A DNA stretch of 51,653 nucleotides from Propionibacteriales bacterium (GTDB lineage: Bacteria; Actinomycetota; Actinomycetes; Propionibacteriales; Nocardioidaceae). The position numbers and the translations under genes were made by a program. The DNA lies in assembly GCA_013821195.1 (NCBI GenBank), contig JACDHG010000001.1, positions 1-51,653 on the forward strand, in the 5' to 3' direction. The notes beneath the pieces are model-generated. The model had not been told where the DNA came from, made no database searches, and was given only the letters and a program-made list of their open reading frames with translations. Of the stretch, positions 51,190-51,653 are shown piece by piece; positions within the stretch are counted from its first letter, which is position 1, and each line of letters begins with the position of its first letter.

Positions 51190-51512
51190 GCAAGGAGCGG
51201 GCGAGACGGCGGGCTGAGCGTGAAGCCGAGGCTGCGACGCTCGCTGAAGGCCGAGCCAAACAGGCTGCGGCGGCCGCGAGACGTCAGAGTCGTCGTGATG
51301 TCATGACGAGTCTCGTCCAGACGAGGAGACGGCGGCCGGGCGTCGCAGGGGTGCTGGCAGCCAAGCGGCGTAGGAAGATCGGCCTGCTTGCCGTCGGCTT
51401 CTTCATCGTCCAGCTGGTCTGCTGGGTGTCGACGCCGGACTGGGGGATCCGGGTGGCCGTGCTGGTGGTCAGCGTCTTCGCCCTCCCGGTGGTCACCGTC
51501 CTCGCCTCATAG
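51186..51512 (+). CDS. Small membrane protein with a highly basic N-terminus
   Basis: ATGA overlap with the lipoprotein gene. [17 protein letters not shown]... is followed by two hydrophobic segments (IGLLAVGFFIVQLVCWV and VAVLVVSVFALPVVTVLA). Confidence 0.55.
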   Translation: MSKERARRRAEREAEAATLAEGRAKQAAAAARRQSRRDVMTSLVQTRRRRPGVAGVLAAKRRRKIGLLAVGFFIVQLVCWVSTPDWGIRVAVLVVSVFALPVVTVLAS

Positions 51513-51580
51513 TGTCCCTTCGGGTCACTGGCTTCGGCTCTACGGGCGGGGGTGCGAGGCGCGGGGTTGGTAAGGATGGC

Positions 51581-51653
51581 TCAGGCGGTCTTGGGGAGTC
51601 GTCGGGTGCCGGTGTTGTCGACGAGGAGGTGTCGGCCGTGGGGGTATCGCCAG
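51581..51653 (-). CDS. 3' end of an unidentified reverse-strand gene (only 24 codons visible)
   Basis: The reverse frame reads ...WRYPHGRHLLVDNTGTRRLPKTA*, using almost only preferred C-ending codons. The plus-strand alternative (MAQAVLGSRR...) shares third positions but uses rare ttg/agt/agg codons. Confidence 0.3.
   Translation of the reverse strand, partial: WRYPHGRHLLVDNTGTRRLPKTA

Noticed and set aside
51576-51653. Plus-strand ATG ORF at the window end (MAQAVLGSRRVPVLSTRR...).
   Set aside because: It uses rare codons (ttg, agt, agg, tgt, tat) and shares its third positions with the reverse frame, which uses preferred codons. The reverse-strand partial gene is favoured, itself at low confidence.

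Overview
High-GC (about 70% by eye) actinobacterial chromosome segment. The gene order looks like Nocardioidaceae/Propionibacteriales, but I cannot verify the taxon. Most of the window is core genome.

Gene order:
- (1) Truncated GNAT acetyltransferase divergent from an Lrp/AsnC regulator, then an orphan P-loop ATPase.
- (2) DNA-damage module: composite RecA-NDp plus LexA promoter, 122-aa unknown protein, DnaE2, SAM methyltransferase, DinB.
- (3) L,D-transpeptidase, DUF3040 protein, and a reverse-strand MoxR-DUF58-transglutaminase operon.
- (4) Complete dcw cluster: mraZ-(small ORF)-rsmH-ftsL-ftsI-murE-murF-mraY-murD-ftsW-murG-murC-ftsQ-ftsZ-pgeF-yggS-sepF-yggT-divIVA.
- (5) ileS (reverse strand) with a T-box leader, a DksA/TraR zinc-finger protein with a histone-like Lys/Ala tail, lspA, rluD, dnaE1.
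- (6) A 4-TM protein plus a Pro/Gly/Tyr-repeat membrane protein.
- (7) A stand-alone LON N-domain protein divergent from hisD-hisC-hisB-hisH, followed by a lipoprotein and a small basic membrane protein coupled to hisH.

Many adjacent genes overlap by 4 nt (ATGA/GTGA), which suggests translational coupling. I recognised no tRNA, rRNA, CRISPR array, transposase or prophage gene.

No clear novel multi-gene system (for example a defence island) is evident. The most interesting items are:
- the dual-control SOS promoter and its atypical dnaE2 cassette;
- the phased MraZ-type operator repeats;
- an unannotated small membrane ORF inside the dcw cluster;
- the repeat-bearing membrane gene pair after dnaE1;
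- the non-his genes coupled into the his operon.

All family assignments come from motif recognition by eye. No database searches were run.
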